Source of the DNA: Scyliorhinus canicula
Lineage: Eukaryota
Assembly: GCF_902713615.1 (NCBI RefSeq)
Contig: NC_052157.1
Coordinates: 17,222,566 to 17,286,565 of the forward strand
Direction of reading: 5' to 3'
DNA: 64,000 nucleotides
Under the pieces are notes generated by a model. The model was not told where the DNA came from, made no database searches, and was given only the letters and a program-made list of their open reading frames with translations. Below are positions 32,571 to 45,413 of this stretch, one piece after another (positions within the stretch are counted from its first letter, which is position 1; each line of letters opens with the position of its first letter). Made by a program: the position numbers and the translations under genes.

Positions 32571-34754
32571 GAACATAGAACATAGAACATAGAACGATAC
32601 AGCGCAGTACAGGCCCTTCGGCCCTCGATGTTGCACCGACATGGAAAAAATCTAAAGGCCATCTAACCTACACTATGCCCTTATCATCCATATGCTTATC
32701 CAATAAATTTTTAAATGCCCTCAATGTTGGCGAGTTCACTACTGTTGCAGGTAGGGCATTCCACGGCCTCACCACTCTTTGCGTAAAAAACCCACCTCTG
32801 ACCTCTGTCCTATATCTATTACCCCTCAATTTAAGGCTATGTCCCCTCGTGCTAGCCACCTCCATCCGCGGGAGAAGGCTCTCGCTGTTCACCCTATCTA
32901 ACCCTCTGATCATTTTGTATGCCTCTATTAAGTCACCTCTTAACCTTCTTCTCTCTAACGAAAACAACCTCAAGTCCATCAGCCTTTCCTCATAAGATTT
33001 TCCCTCCATACCAGGCAACATCCTGGTAAATCTCCTCTGCACCCGTTCCAAAGCTTCCACATCCTTCCTATAATGAGGCAACCAGAACTGTACGCAATAC
33101 TCCAAATGCGGCCGTACTAGAGTTTTGTACAACTGCAACATGACCTCATGGCTCCGGAACTCAATCCCTCTACCAATAAAGGCCAACACACCATAGGCCT
33201 TCTTCACAACCCTATCAACCTGGGTGGCAACTTTCAGGGATCTATGTACATGGACACCGAGATCCCTCTGCTCATCCACACTACCAAGAATTTTACCATT
33301 AGCCAAATATTCCGCATTTCTGTTATTCTTTCCAAAGTGAATCACCTCACACTTCTCCACATTAAACTCCATTTGCCACCTCTCAGCCCAGCTCTGCAGC
33401 TTATCTATGTCCCTCTGTAACCTGCAACATCCTTCCGCACTGTCTACAACTCCACCGACTTTAGTGTCGTCTGCAAATTTACTCACCCATCCTTCTGCGC
33501 CCTCCTCTAGGTCATTTATAAAAATGACAAACAGCAACGGCCCCAGAACAGATCCTTGTGGTACGCCACTCGTAACTGAACTCCATTCTGAACATTTCCC
33601 ATCAACTACCACTCTCTGTCTTCTTTCAACTAGCCAATTTCTGATCCACATCTCTAAATCACCCTCAATCCCCAGCCTCCGTATTTTCTGCAATAGACGA
33701 CCGTGGGGAACCTTATCAAACGCTTTACTGAAATCCATATACACCACATCAACTGCTCTACCCTCGTCTACCTGTTCAGTCACCTTCTCAAAGAACTCGA
33801 TAAGGTTTGTGAGGCATGACCTACCCTTCACAAAGCCATGCTGACTGTCCCTAATCATATTATTCCTATCTAGATGATTATAAATTGTATCTTTTATAAT
33901 CCTCTCCAAGACTTTACCCACCACAGACGTTAGGCTCACCGGCCTATAGTTACCGGGGTTATCTCTACTCCCCTTCTTGAACAAAGGGACCACATTTGCT
34001 ATCCTCCAGTCCTCTGGCACTATTCCTGTAGCCAATGATGACATAAAAATCAAAGCCAAAGGCTCAGCAATCTCTTCCCTGGCTTCCCAGAGAATCCTAG
34101 GATAAATCCCATCTGGCCCCGGGGACTTATCTATTTTCACCTTGTCCAGAATTGCCAACACTTCTTCCCTACGCACCTCAATGCCATCTATTCTAATAGC
34201 CTGGGTCTCAGCATTCTCCTCCACAATATTATCTTTTTCTTGAGTGAATACTGACGAAAAGTATTCATTTAGTATCTCGCTTATCTCCTCAGCCTCCACA
34301 CACAACTTCCCACCACTGTCCTTGACTGGCCCTACTCTTACCCTAGTCATTCTTTTATTCCTGACATACCTATAGAAAGCTTTTGGGTTTTCCTTGATCC
34401 TACCTGCCAAAGACTTCTCATGTCCCCTCCTTGCTCGTCTCAGCTCTCTCTTTAGATCCTTCCTCGCTTCCTTGTAACTATCAAGCGCCCCAACTGAAAC
34501 TTCATGCCTCATCTTCACATAGGCCTCCTTCTTCCTCTTAACAAGAGATTCCACTTCTTTGGTAAACCAGGGTTCCCTCGCTCCCTCCCTTCCTCCCTGC
34601 CTGACTGGTACGTACTTATCAAGAACATGCAATAGCTGTTCCTTGAACAAGCTCCACATATCCAGTGTGCCCAACCCTTGCAGCCTACTTCTCCAACCAA
34701 CACATCCTAAGTTATGTCTAATGGCATCATAATTGCCCTTCCCCCAGCTATAAC
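32571..34754 (-). mobile_element. Young 5'-truncated CR1-clade LINE (HER1-like), copy 2 only
   Basis: Uninterrupted ORF2 fragment of ~695 codons with NYRPVSLTS, DFSKAFD, GVPQGSVLGP, FADD; (TTCTATG)n tail; TCTTA at both junctions; empty site at ~7753. Confidence 0.95.
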
Positions 34755-35511
34755 TCTTACACTCACTCAGAACCATTCACCCCTCCACCCCGGTACTCAA
34801 AGGCTCCTGGACAAGCAATGCTTTGGTTTTGAAATTCTCATCCTTATTTTCAAGCTCCTCGCTTTGGGCGAGATTCTCCGACCCCCCGCCTGGTCGGAGA
34901 ATCGCCGGGGGGGCGCAGCGTGAATCCGGCACCGGAGATTCGGCGGGGGCGGGAATCGTGCCGTGCTGGTCAGCAGCTACTCGCAGCGGCCCCCCTGGCG
35001 ATTCATCGACCCGCGATGGGCCGAAGTACCGCTCGTTCTATGCAGGTCCCGCCGGCGTAAATTGGACTGGACTAGGTCCCTTACCAGCGAGACCTGGCGG
35101 CGCAGAAGTGCTCCGGGGTCCTGGGGGGGGGGGCAGGGCGATCAGGCCTCTGGCCACGGGGGGTGCCCCCACGGTGGCTTGGCCGGTGCGGGCGGACCTG
35201 TGCCGTGGGGGAACTCTTTTCCTACGCACCAGCCGTGTAGGCCTCAGTGATGGCCGGCGCGAAGGTGAACCCCCCACTGCGCATGCATGGGGATGACGTC
35301 AGCAACCACTGCACTCCCGCGCATGCGTGGACTCGTGCAGGCCGGCAGTGTCCCTTCGACTCCGGCTGGCGTGGCGCCAAAGGCCTTCCATGCCGGCTGG
35401 CGGGGCGCAAACCACTCCGGCGCCGGCCTAGCCCCTGAACGTGCAGTGGATTCCGCACCTTTGGGGCCGCCTGACGTCGGAGTGCTTCACGCCACTCCGT
35501 CCCCCCGAGAC

Positions 35512-36257
35512 CAGAAAAGGCCCTAGGGTTGCTGGCGCCCCGGGCAAGCTGAACTTTGGCGCACTTTGGGGGGGGGGGGGGCTCCGTTCACTGGGGGGGT
35601 GGGGGGGGGCTCCGTTCACTGGGGGGGGGCTCCGTTCACTGGGGGGGGGGGGGCTCCGTTCACTGGGGGGGGGGCTCCGTTCACTGGGGGGGGGGGCTCC
35701 GTTCACTGGGGGGGGGGCTCCGTTCACTGGGGGGGGGGCTCCGTTCACGGGGGGGGGCTCCGTTCACTGGGGGGGGCTCCGTTCACCGGGGGGGGGGGGA
35801 CTCCGTTTGCCGGGGGGGGGGCTCCGTTCACTGGGGGGGGGCTCCGTTCACTGGGGGGGGGCTCCGTTCACTGGGGGGGGGGCTCCGTTCACCGGGGGGG
35901 GGCTCCGTTCACCGGGGGGGGGGGGCTCCGTTCACCGCGGGGGGGGCTCCGTTCACCGGGGGAGGGGACTCCGTTTGCCGGGGGGGGGGGAGGGGGGTGG
36001 GGAGTGACCTGGTACATGATCGGGACCCACCAATCGGCGGGACGGTCTCTCTGTCGCAGGCCTCCTTTCTTCCACCGGCGAGCCTGGATCCATCTGCCAT
36101 GTTTGTGCGGGGCGGCCACCGCGCATGCGCTGGTTGGCACCGGCCCAACTGCGCATGCGCCGGGTCTCTGACGCCAGTCACGCACTCCTTGATGGCGCCC
36201 CCAGCACATGGCGCCCCGGGCGACTGCCCGTGTTGCCGGTACCTTGAGCCGGCCCTG
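35512..36257. mobile_element. Non-autonomous hAT (Tip100/MER45-like ends) nested in the MITE, copy 2 only
   Basis: CAG...GAGCCGGCCCTG termini, subterminal GGCGCCCCGGGC at both ends, 8-bp TSD (C/G)CCGAGAC; empty site at ~8362. Confidence 0.8.
35567..36000 (+). repeat. G-rich minisatellite, about 19 units of G-run + CTCCGTTCAC(T/C)
   Basis: Directly visible tandem array; source of the Gly-rich spurious ORFs. Confidence 0.95.
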
Positions 36258-36702
36258 GCCGAGACCTTCCGCCCCGCCAGGAAGGGGAGAATCCCGCCCC
36301 TGAATTTAGCTAATTCTGCTCTTGAGTATCCCCAATTTTGATTACTGCATCATTGCTGGCCAGGTCCTAAACTGTGGAATTCTTTCCCTCAACAATCGTC
36401 CACTCAACCTCCCTTTTCCCCCTTTAAGACACTCCTTAAAATCAATCTGTTTTTTGGCCATGCGTGCAAAAATCATCTAATGTGACTTGGTGCCAAATGT
36501 TGCTTTAAAATGCTCCTGTGAAGCACCTTGGGACGTATTATTAGGTTGTATGTGCGATTTAAATATAAATTGTTGGTGCTGTTGAAGAAACTTGATAAAC
36601 TCTTGTCACGAGCTGCAACTCCAAGAGAATTTACCAACAGGGCCTCGAGCTTGATTTTGTTTAAGCAAAACACTGTTCTGGTATTAAACACTGTGCTGGT
36701 CT

Positions 36703-37037
36703 GGCAGCAGGGTAGCATGGTGGTTAGCATAAATGCTTCACAGCTCCAGGGTCCCAGGTTCGATTCCCGGCTGGGTCACTGTCTGTGTGGAGTCTGCACG
36801 TCCTCCCACTGTGTGCGTGGGTTTCCTCCGGGTGCTCCGGTTTCCTCCCACTGTCCAAAGATGTGCGGGTTAGGTGGATTGGCCATGCTAAATTGCCCGT
36901 AGTGTCCTAATAAAAGTAAGGTTAAGGGGGGGGTTGTTGGGTTATGGGTATAGGGTGGATATGTGGGTTTGAGTAGGGTGATCATGGCTCGGCACAACAT
37001 TGAGGGCCGAAGGGCCTGTACTGTTCTATGTTCTATG
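36703..37037 (+). mobile_element. Young HE1-like V-SINE with CR1 tail ~85 bp upstream of the UGT paralog 2 acceptor, copy 2 only
   Basis: Head/core/(TTCTATG)n tail; empty site at ~8788. Confidence 0.9.
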
Positions 37038-37146
37038 TTAAAGGAGTGGAAACAACGGGAATGTCACATTAATTCCAATGTATTCTCGTGTCACTGTTAC
37101 TTACATTCGATTCTCCAATAGGAATTGGATATCTGTCCTTCTGAGT

Positions 37147-38757
37147 ATGGAGCCTTCTGGATGGAGAAGTCAATTACTGGCTGCTTGTATCCTTACCATC
37201 ATCACCCTGTCTTGTCCTATTACCGAGGGGGCTAATATATTGGTTGTTCCTGTTGATGGAAGTCACTGGATCAATATGAGAATTCTAATAGAAGGACTGA
37301 AACTTCATGGACACAGTATCACCGTGGTTCATCCCTCAGAAGCTTGGTACACCAAGGAGAGGTCTGATCTCTATCGATCCATTGTGGTTCAAACGCAAAA
37401 ATGCCTTGGCAAGAATGAAACTGAAAAAGTAATACAAAGATATCTACAAAACACATTGGCAGCCTTAAACAATGGTCTGATGCCATGGGTCTTCGTTCAG
37501 CTACAATATGAGCTATGGTCTGCTTTGTATTCATACCATGCTTGTGCTAGAGATTTCACCAGTGCAATTTTCAATACTGAAGGAGTGCTGAGGCAACTTG
37601 AAGATGCAAAATTTGACTTGCTGCTTACTGATCCTGCTTTTGGCACAGGTCCAATCCTTGCTTATTATTTAAAACTCCCTTTGGTGTATAATGTTCGATG
37701 GTTCATGAGTGGGGAAGCTCATTTCCTCTCTGCCCCATCACCACCTTCCTATATCCCAATCGTTGGATCTCAATTTACAGACAAAATGAGTTTTCTACAA
37801 AGAACACTAAATGTCATCTTAAATCTTTTTCAACTATCTGCTTCAAGATTTATTATTCAGCCCATTTACAATGAACTCTGCCATCGCCATCTGGGCCCCG
37901 ACACAGATATTGAGATGATTCTCCTGAGGGCAGATGTGTGGCTGATGAGAGTTGATTTTATATTTGAATTCCCGAGACCCACCATGCCAAACATTGTTTA
38001 CATTGGGGGATTCCAGTGTAAACCATCCAAACCTCTCGCAGCAGAGTTTGAAGAATTTGTCCAATCCTCAGGGGATCATGGGATTATTGTGATGTCTCTG
38101 GGGACCATTATCAGCTCTTTGCCAATGCAAATTACAATGAAAATTGCAGAGGCCTTTGCTCAAGTACCTCAGAAAGTTATTTGGAGATACGATGGAAAGA
38201 TCCCTCCCAACATAGGAAATAATACGCTACTGGCAAAATGGATCCCTCAGAATGACCTTCTAGGGCACCCCAAGATACGAACATTCATTTCCCATGGTGG
38301 CACCAATGGAATTTATGAAGCTATCTATCATGGAGTGCCAGTAGTTGGCATTCCTCTGCTTTTTGACCAGTTTGACAATTTACTCAGACTTGAAATCCGA
38401 GGTGGAGCAAAAGTGATAGATATTGCAACGTTGCAGTCATCAGATCTCTTGCAAGCACTTCATGAGGTCATAAACAACACGTCCTATCGGGATAACATGC
38501 AGAAACTCTCTGCTCTCCACAGGGATCAACCAGAGTCTCCAATGGAGAGAGCCATTTTCTGGATTGAGTATGTTGCTCGGCACAAAGGTGCAGCACATTT
38601 ACGCTCAGAATCGTACCGACTCCCTTGGTATGTTTACCATTGTGTAGATGTGATGATTTTCCTGCTGTCTCTGGTCCTAATGGTTACAGTGCTGACAGTT
38701 CTATTGTTGAAGAGACTTTGTACCATTGCTCGGAAGAAGAAACAAAAGATTCAGTAA
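37147..38757 (+). CDS. ugt5: UDP-glucuronosyltransferase, single coding exon, UGT5-like (536 aa), paralog 2
   Basis: Intact ORF with the same motifs as paralog 1; about 30 amino-acid differences by hand count. Confidence 0.95.
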   Translation: MEPSGWRSQLLAACILTIITLSCPITEGANILVVPVDGSHWINMRILIEGLKLHGHSITVVHPSEAWYTKERSDLYRSIVVQTQKCLGKNETEKVIQRYLQNTLAALNNGLMPWVFVQLQYELWSALYSYHACARDFTSAIFNTEGVLRQLEDAKFDLLLTDPAFGTGPILAYYLKLPLVYNVRWFMSGEAHFLSAPSPPSYIPIVGSQFTDKMSFLQRTLNVILNLFQLSASRFIIQPIYNELCHRHLGPDTDIEMILLRADVWLMRVDFIFEFPRPTMPNIVYIGGFQCKPSKPLAAEFEEFVQSSGDHGIIVMSLGTIISSLPMQITMKIAEAFAQVPQKVIWRYDGKIPPNIGNNTLLAKWIPQNDLLGHPKIRTFISHGGTNGIYEAIYHGVPVVGIPLLFDQFDNLLRLEIRGGAKVIDIATLQSSDLLQALHEVINNTSYRDNMQKLSALHRDQPESPMERAIFWIEYVARHKGAAHLRSESYRLPWYVYHCVDVMIFLLSLVLMVTVLTVLLLKRLCTIARKKKQKIQ

Positions 38758-41671
38758 GGTTGACTACTTTGAATCAGTGGGAGCGGCGCTTTGAGTTCTT
38801 CCAATTATACGGAGAGAGTTTAATGCAGTCAGGAAATGCGGGGAATGGCTTTTTTAGATACTCTATCATGAATTTAGCAAAGGAAAATATCAAAGGGTGT
38901 CAGTATGTCAGTCAATTGATCTCCTTTGTACAGTTATTGACATGGAAATGCTGTACTTACATACAATTTTATATGATAGAACAACATGTTTTTTCTTAAG
39001 TATTTATTCAAAGCTAATCATCACATTAGTTCACGTGTGGCCAAGAACATAATGTAAGAATGTGAAATTTCTGGGAATCACTGACAGATACCCTCTTCCG
39101 CTACAGTGATTTTAACCCCCGCTCTCGAATCAATAACGATATCGACCACAGCTCACCATGGGTTTGTCAGCATGTCTGGTTTGTTTACCAAATGTCCCAC
39201 TGGTTTTGGTGAGTTAGTGAGCCATGCCATAGCCAGGAAATATTTCCTCAGCTGCTGCCAGGATCATTTGATATTCATCTTGGGTGTTATCCCCTCATTG
39301 CTCAAGAACGGAATACCATGACTTCTGATTGTAAAATACTGTTACTTATATAGTCACATATATTAATAAAGAAATGTTACTGCATGATTTGTCTGTCTGC
39401 CTTTTGGTGATTTTGACATGTAGAAGCAAGCTTTTTCACACATGGATCCTAATAGAGAGTTGTTGTGTAATTTGGACCAATTGATTCAGACAATTTCAGT
39501 GAGCATTTTGTTGGGAGGTACAAAAGAGGCAATAGAAAATGAAGGTTACAATTCCAGAGTAGCTAACAGAAGCAGAGGAATCTGGGGGCATTTGTGCACA
39601 AATCCTTGAATGTGCAGGTCAGGTTGAGAAAGTGGTTCAAAAGACATACAGGATCTTGGACTTCATAGATAGAGGCATGGAGTACAGAGCAATAGGAGAG
39701 GCAGTGATGTAGTACAGGCATTGCCAAAGTCGGGGGCGTCACCCCGAAGTCATGGGTTGTGGGCGGGTGTCGGGAGGGTCGCGGAGCCGTCTGTCGTGGA
39801 GCTCCTGGTCGCGCAAATCCGCGCACAACAGCCGCAGCAGCTGGCTTTTAATAATGCCGGCTGCAAGCGGCCTTCAAAATAGCCACAAACATATTTTTAT
39901 AATGCAGCCGCACTGCGCATGTACCCATGCGCACTGATGATTGGGCATGCATGCGCAGTGCAGCGGCACTTTTTAAATACAGTTGCAGCCTTTTTATTAC
40001 AAGTTCGGGGGAGTTTTTATTTGATGAAATTTCACAGGAATAAAATGCAGAAACTGAAAGTTTTCATCCTCTAGACATTGGAGGTTCACCACATTTCACC
40101 CAAACATTACACGGCAAGATAAAATGGTGGGTCGCGCACGTGAGGTCCCCGGAAACAAAGTTTGAAAAACACTGGTGTAGTGGTATTGGCTCTTGACTAG
40201 TAATCCAAAGACACAGAGCCATGTTCTGGGGACCCAGAATCTAATCCTGCCATGGTGGATTGTGCAATTTGAATTCAATAAAAAAAAACCTGGAATTAGG
40301 AGTCTAATAATGACCATGAAACCATTGTCGATTGTCGTAAAAACCCATCCGGTTTACTCATATCCTTTCGGGAAGAGAATCTGTCATCCTTACCTGGTCA
40401 GGCTACATGTGACTCCACATCCACAGCAATGTGGTTGACTTTTAAATGCCCTCAGGGATGGGCAATAAATGCTGGCCCAGCCAGTGATGGCAACATTCCA
40501 TGAACCAATGAATACAAAGGAAGTTATGGTGAACTTTTATTAAACCATGGTTCAACCCCAACTGGAATATTGTGACCAATTCTGGGTACCACAGAATGAC
40601 CAAGGTGAGAGAGCAGTGGGAACAAGGGTATCAAAAGTGAAGGTGAGGATGTGACTGAGCAGATTGGTGAACAGAGGGTCAAAGGCCAAGCAATTAAGGG
40701 AAATTTGTTTTCAGGGATGGGCAGAGAAGGAAATGGTATTTGGAGAAGGAAATTGGATAATGAGTGGAGAGCGATGCAAGGAAGTGATCAGGAATGGCCT
40801 CAACTGTGATTGACTCAAGACATGACAAGGTCAAGAGAATGGATGCGCACATGGTTTAAAGGAGATTGTATGGAACGAGAGATTAAGGAAGGGAAGGAGG
40901 CAGTGACCTCGAAGGAGAGAGGGCATGATGAGTTGAGATAAAAGTTGAAATCATTGAGGATGTGTCTGCTGCCCTTGTCCATATAAGTGATAGGGTTCGC
41001 AGATCTGGAAGATGCTGTCAAAGGACCCTTGGTTTGTTGCTGTAGTGCACCTTGTAGATTATCCACAGTGCATGAGTGGTGGAGGGAAGCAATATTTAAC
41101 ATGGTAGATAATAATCTTTATTAGTGTCACAAGTAGGCTTACATTAACACTTGTAAGATGTAGCAAATCCATCATTTGGATGAACTCCATAGGATACACG
41201 GACATTATATTAAACCTGATCCAACATGGCTAATTTCAAGTGGAGAAACGGACATTTTAAAGACAGTATTATTTTAAAGGTTACATTCAAGCAAAATAGC
41301 TGCAAACCAGACATCGGAATAGACAACACCACCAGACCATCCAAGAAGTGAACAAAGGGGCCATGAGTCATGGCAAAACTAGTTGATAAGATTATGCAGA
41401 GGGGTGTCGATAGCCTTGACCAACTACAGGAGAGACAATGGAAATGGTAACGAGTTTTACTCCAGCTATGTAGAATAATGCCTCTACTAATGGGAAAATG
41501 TTTAGTGTTCCCAGAAACCACCTTGGGACACTTTGCAATACATTAGATACCCCCCAAAACATCAGATAAAAGCAAATTACTGTGGATGCTGGAATCTGAA
41601 ACCAAAAGAGAAAATGCTGGAAAATCTCAGCAGGTCTGGCAGCATCTGTAGGGAGAGAAAAGAGCTAACGT

Positions 41672-42214
41672 AAAAATCCATCCATTAGCACAAAAATCCA
41701 TCCATTAGCACAGTGGGCTAAACAGCTGGCTTGTAATGCAGAACAAGGCAGCAGCGTGGGTTCAATTCCCGTACCGGCCTCCCCGAATAGGTACTGGAAT
41801 GTGGCGACTAGGGGCTTTTCACAGTAACTTCACTGAAGCCTACTTGTGACAATAAGCGATTATTATAGGGGCAGCAGGGTAGCATGGTGGTTAGCATAAA
41901 TGCTTCACAGCTCCAGGGTCCCAGGTTCGATTCCCGGCTGGGTCACTGTCTGTGTGGAGTCTGCACGTCCTCCCCCTGTGTGCGTGGGTTTCCTCCGGGT
42001 GCTCCGGTTTCCTCCCACAGTCCAAAGATGTGCGGGTTAGGTGGATTGGCAATGCTAAATTGCCCGTAGTGTCCTAAAAAAAGTAAGGTTAATGGGGGGG
42101 TTGTTGGGTTACGGGTATAGGGCGGATACGTGGGTTTGAGTAGGGTGATCATGGCTCGGCACAACATTGAGGGCCGAAGGGCCTGTTCTGTGCTGTACTG
42201 TTCTATGTTCTATG
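41672..42214 (+). mobile_element. Composite insertion: 20-bp tandem filler + short Rex1-tailed SINE + HE1-like SINE, copy 2 only
   Basis: Absent at the equivalent site GCTAACGTTTCGAG (13428-13441); AAAAATCCATCCATTAGCAC twice, then two SINEs head to tail. Confidence 0.85.
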
Positions 42215-43392
42215 TTTCGAGTCCAGATGACCCTTTGCATAGCTAAAAGACATAGAAAGTGGAGGATATTGATACTGTAGGGTGAGGGAATTAAAGATGA
42301 GTCATAGCCACATAAACTAAGGGAAAAGAGTGCTAATCGCCAGAGAATCCAAGGGAAAAGAGTGCGAATGGCAGTCCCCAGAGAGAATAAAAGGCGTGAA
42401 AGGCCAAACAGCAGAGAAACTAAAATCAGAGGGTAAGCTGTGACAGATGTAGATGTGGGGGGAGGGGGGACATGGGTGGGAAAGGGGAGAAAAGGTAAGG
42501 AAAGGAGGATAAGATGTGGGGGGGGGGGAAATGTATATAAAGAAAGAAAGAAATGGGATGAAAACAAAGGGGTCGAGGTGGGGTAGAGCTGATCATCTGA
42601 AGTTGTTGAATTCGATGTTGAGACCGGAAGGCTGTAGCGTGCCTAACCGGAAGATGAGATGCTCCAGTTTGCGTTGAGTTTCACAGGAACATTGCAGCAG
42701 GCCAAGGACGGACATGTGGGCATGGGAACAGGGTCTTGTCTTAAAATGGCAAGCAACAGGAAGGTCAGGGTCCTGAATGCATACAGACCGAAGGTGCTTA
42801 GCAAAGCGATCACCCAGTCCACCTCCCAAAACATTTTGGGCTCTTTGTCATTGAAATTGATCAAGATCAGTTTCATCCTGTCAGCGCTTTACACCCATTG
42901 TTCTGAAACTGACCGATGGGAGGAGTCAGCATATTGATTCAGGTGAACTGCCTTTAAAATATCGTTGTCACGTACTCTAAAATATCAAACTCTGGGCAAG
43001 GTGAGAGTTGTTTCTCAGCAGTTAATTCCGAGGCAGTCCACTGAAACGTTCTTCGGAAAGCAGTGAATTGAGGTGTTCAACCAGACAATTACTTCATGGG
43101 CAGAGGAAGAAACAAGGAAGATCCAGCAGCAAAACTAAAAGACAGCAACAAGCAAGACAGATCAAGTATTTTCCTCAGCAGCAGAAAAGACTTTTAAAAC
43201 AATCCGAAGAGTGGTGAGTATTCTCTCAGTCTTCAGCAATCCCCAGTTAGGTAGAGGTTGAGGAGAGGTCTAGGATCATTTTTATAAATTGTGTAATGCT
43301 AAGTATTTACACTGTGTTGTTTTGGTTTTCTTTCCATAGCATAGTATTGTGGTGTCTGTGTTTATTGACTGAGTTTGGTTGAGCTTAGTCTT

Positions 43393-43615
43393 TTTTTGTT
43401 TTAAATTTAGATTCGCCAATTATTTTTTCCGAGGGGCAATTTAGCGTGGCCAATCCACCTACTCTGCACGTTTTTGGGTTGTGGGGGCGAAACCCACGCA
43501 GACACGGGGAGAATGTGCAAACTCCACACGGACAGTGACCCAGAGCCGGGATCGAACCTGGGACCTCAGCGCCGTGAGGCGGTTGTGCTAACCACTAGGC
43601 CACCGTGCTGCCCTT
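43393..43615 (-). mobile_element. Short A-tailed V-SINE, copy 2 only
   Basis: 15-bp TSD GTTGAG(C/T)TTAGTCTT; empty site at ~14586. Confidence 0.9.
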
Positions 43616-44078
43616 GTTGAGTTTAGTCTTGAATAAATTATTTTAAAAATTAACTTTGACCAGTCTCTCTCTCACATCGTCCGTCCTGGCGCGTCACTAA
43701 AAAGCTGGAGTACAGAACCGTAAAGGGTGGGTCACTGTCTGTGTGGAGTCTGCACATCCTCCCCGTGTGTGCATGGGTTTCCTCCGGGTACTCCGGTTTC
43801 CTCCCACAGTCCAAAGATGTGCAGGTTGGGTGGATTGGCCATGATAAATTGCCCTTAGTGTCCAAAATTCTATTTCGAAAACGCTCACTCAAGGGGCTCG
43901 ACTGGTCAGGAATCAACAGTGTTCCCTCTCTCTCTGTCTTGTGAAGCTGCCCCAGTGTGGCACTTCCAGGTTGTATTTCACTACCTACAAGAGAGAGACA
44001 CACACAGTCGTTAGGCGGCAGCCAGGGTAACCCGTGGGGCATAAGGGTGAGGTCACTGATCAGGAAAAGACAGTGAGT

Positions 44079-45413
44079 TGTTTTTGAAAACCCACCATTA
44101 TTCTTAGAATTCTCCCTATACCAAAATGGTGAACAGGGATTCTCATCCTTGACTCCGATGCAGACTTCGATGGGCGCTATTCAGGTCAAACTATATTTTC
44201 AAGTTATCCCCCGGTGTAACCCATACCTTCACCGAAGATTGTATCTACTTGCCACTTAGTAGCATCGATGTCCTGGGTCCTGCATGGCTAAGTAAGTAAA
44301 GTAGACTTTAGGAATAACCACTGTTTCAGGTTAAATTAAGTTATTTTATTATTATATTTTTCTTTTAAAAGCTGCAAACACTTTCTTTACAGAAAGGTAA
44401 AAAGATCTAGCTTCTGGATCCTTCTGGTTGGTTGAAGGGACCTTCAGGCCCACCTTGACAATCAATCTTCTTTTTAAAATCTGGTCTTCTTTCGATGTAT
44501 AGCTGTTTAAGCTCGGCTGCTTGTCTTGTCTTTCCCACGACTGAGCTGTGAGAGCTGAATATGCTTCTCTCCTCTCTCTGAGTTCTGCTCTGCTTCTGCT
44601 CTCGGGTTTTTATTCCCTTTCTTACAGTTATTCAGTTTTTATGAGCTTATTGTCAATTAACTTATTTCATTTTGATTGTAAAAAGTATCTTTGATGTAAA
44701 CATTCTAATATGACTAATTGTTCATTTTGGGCATAACCTCGCCTCTCAGATCTGATTACATTGTCCTTTGTGATGTTCAAAGTTCCTATGCGATATTCAA
44801 AATGCTTTGGTTTCAAGAGGTGTTACTTTTAATACCTGTCATTTCTATAGTTTAATTTTCCAATTGTCCCCAGCTCATAACTTTGCCGTTGATTTTGACT
44901 TTAAATTATGTTTCTCGTAGACGGGTTGTCTCCAATTTTCTTTAATTTACCTGATATTAGCAAAATTTCACACTTAGAATTGTTAGCAAATTTATTTGAA
45001 CCTCATCCTTTCCTTTCCAGCTGTTTACTAAGAGAGTTAATTTCAATGAAGGTGTGAAACCTTTGCTTTTAGCTGTATGCTAAAATTTAACTTGGTAATG
45101 ATTTGAAAGACCTGGCTGTTTTAAACATTCGTCATTTCATTCAATTGAAACTCTCATCCATCCTTTTCCAGATGCTTCCTAAGATAGTTACTTTCAATGA
45201 AGGTGTGAGCCATTGTTTTAGCTTAATACAAGAATCCCGTGTGTTTGCTAAGCCTGCTTGTGAGAAAGAATCTGCATTTTATAATCCTGCTCTTTGCAGT
45301 TGCTATTAACCCTTCATGGGATCTTTCCCTGTATCCTCTCAGATTTCTCTCAGACCAGATATTGCCAGACTTCCACATTTCAAATGACACATTTTTCTGT
45401 ATTTTCAACAACA
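44079..45413 (-). mobile_element. Solo LTR, foamy-like ERV family B, duplicated copy
   Basis: Same termini and GAGT TSD as 15049-16400. Confidence 0.85.

Noticed and set aside
35567-36000. Repeat-spacer look resembling a CRISPR array
   Set aside because: Spacers are only G runs, the context is eukaryotic and there are no cas genes
35428-36341. Gly-rich and Pro-rich ORFs of 100-260 aa
   Set aside because: Translations of the G-rich minisatellite and GC-rich MITE; stop-poor by composition
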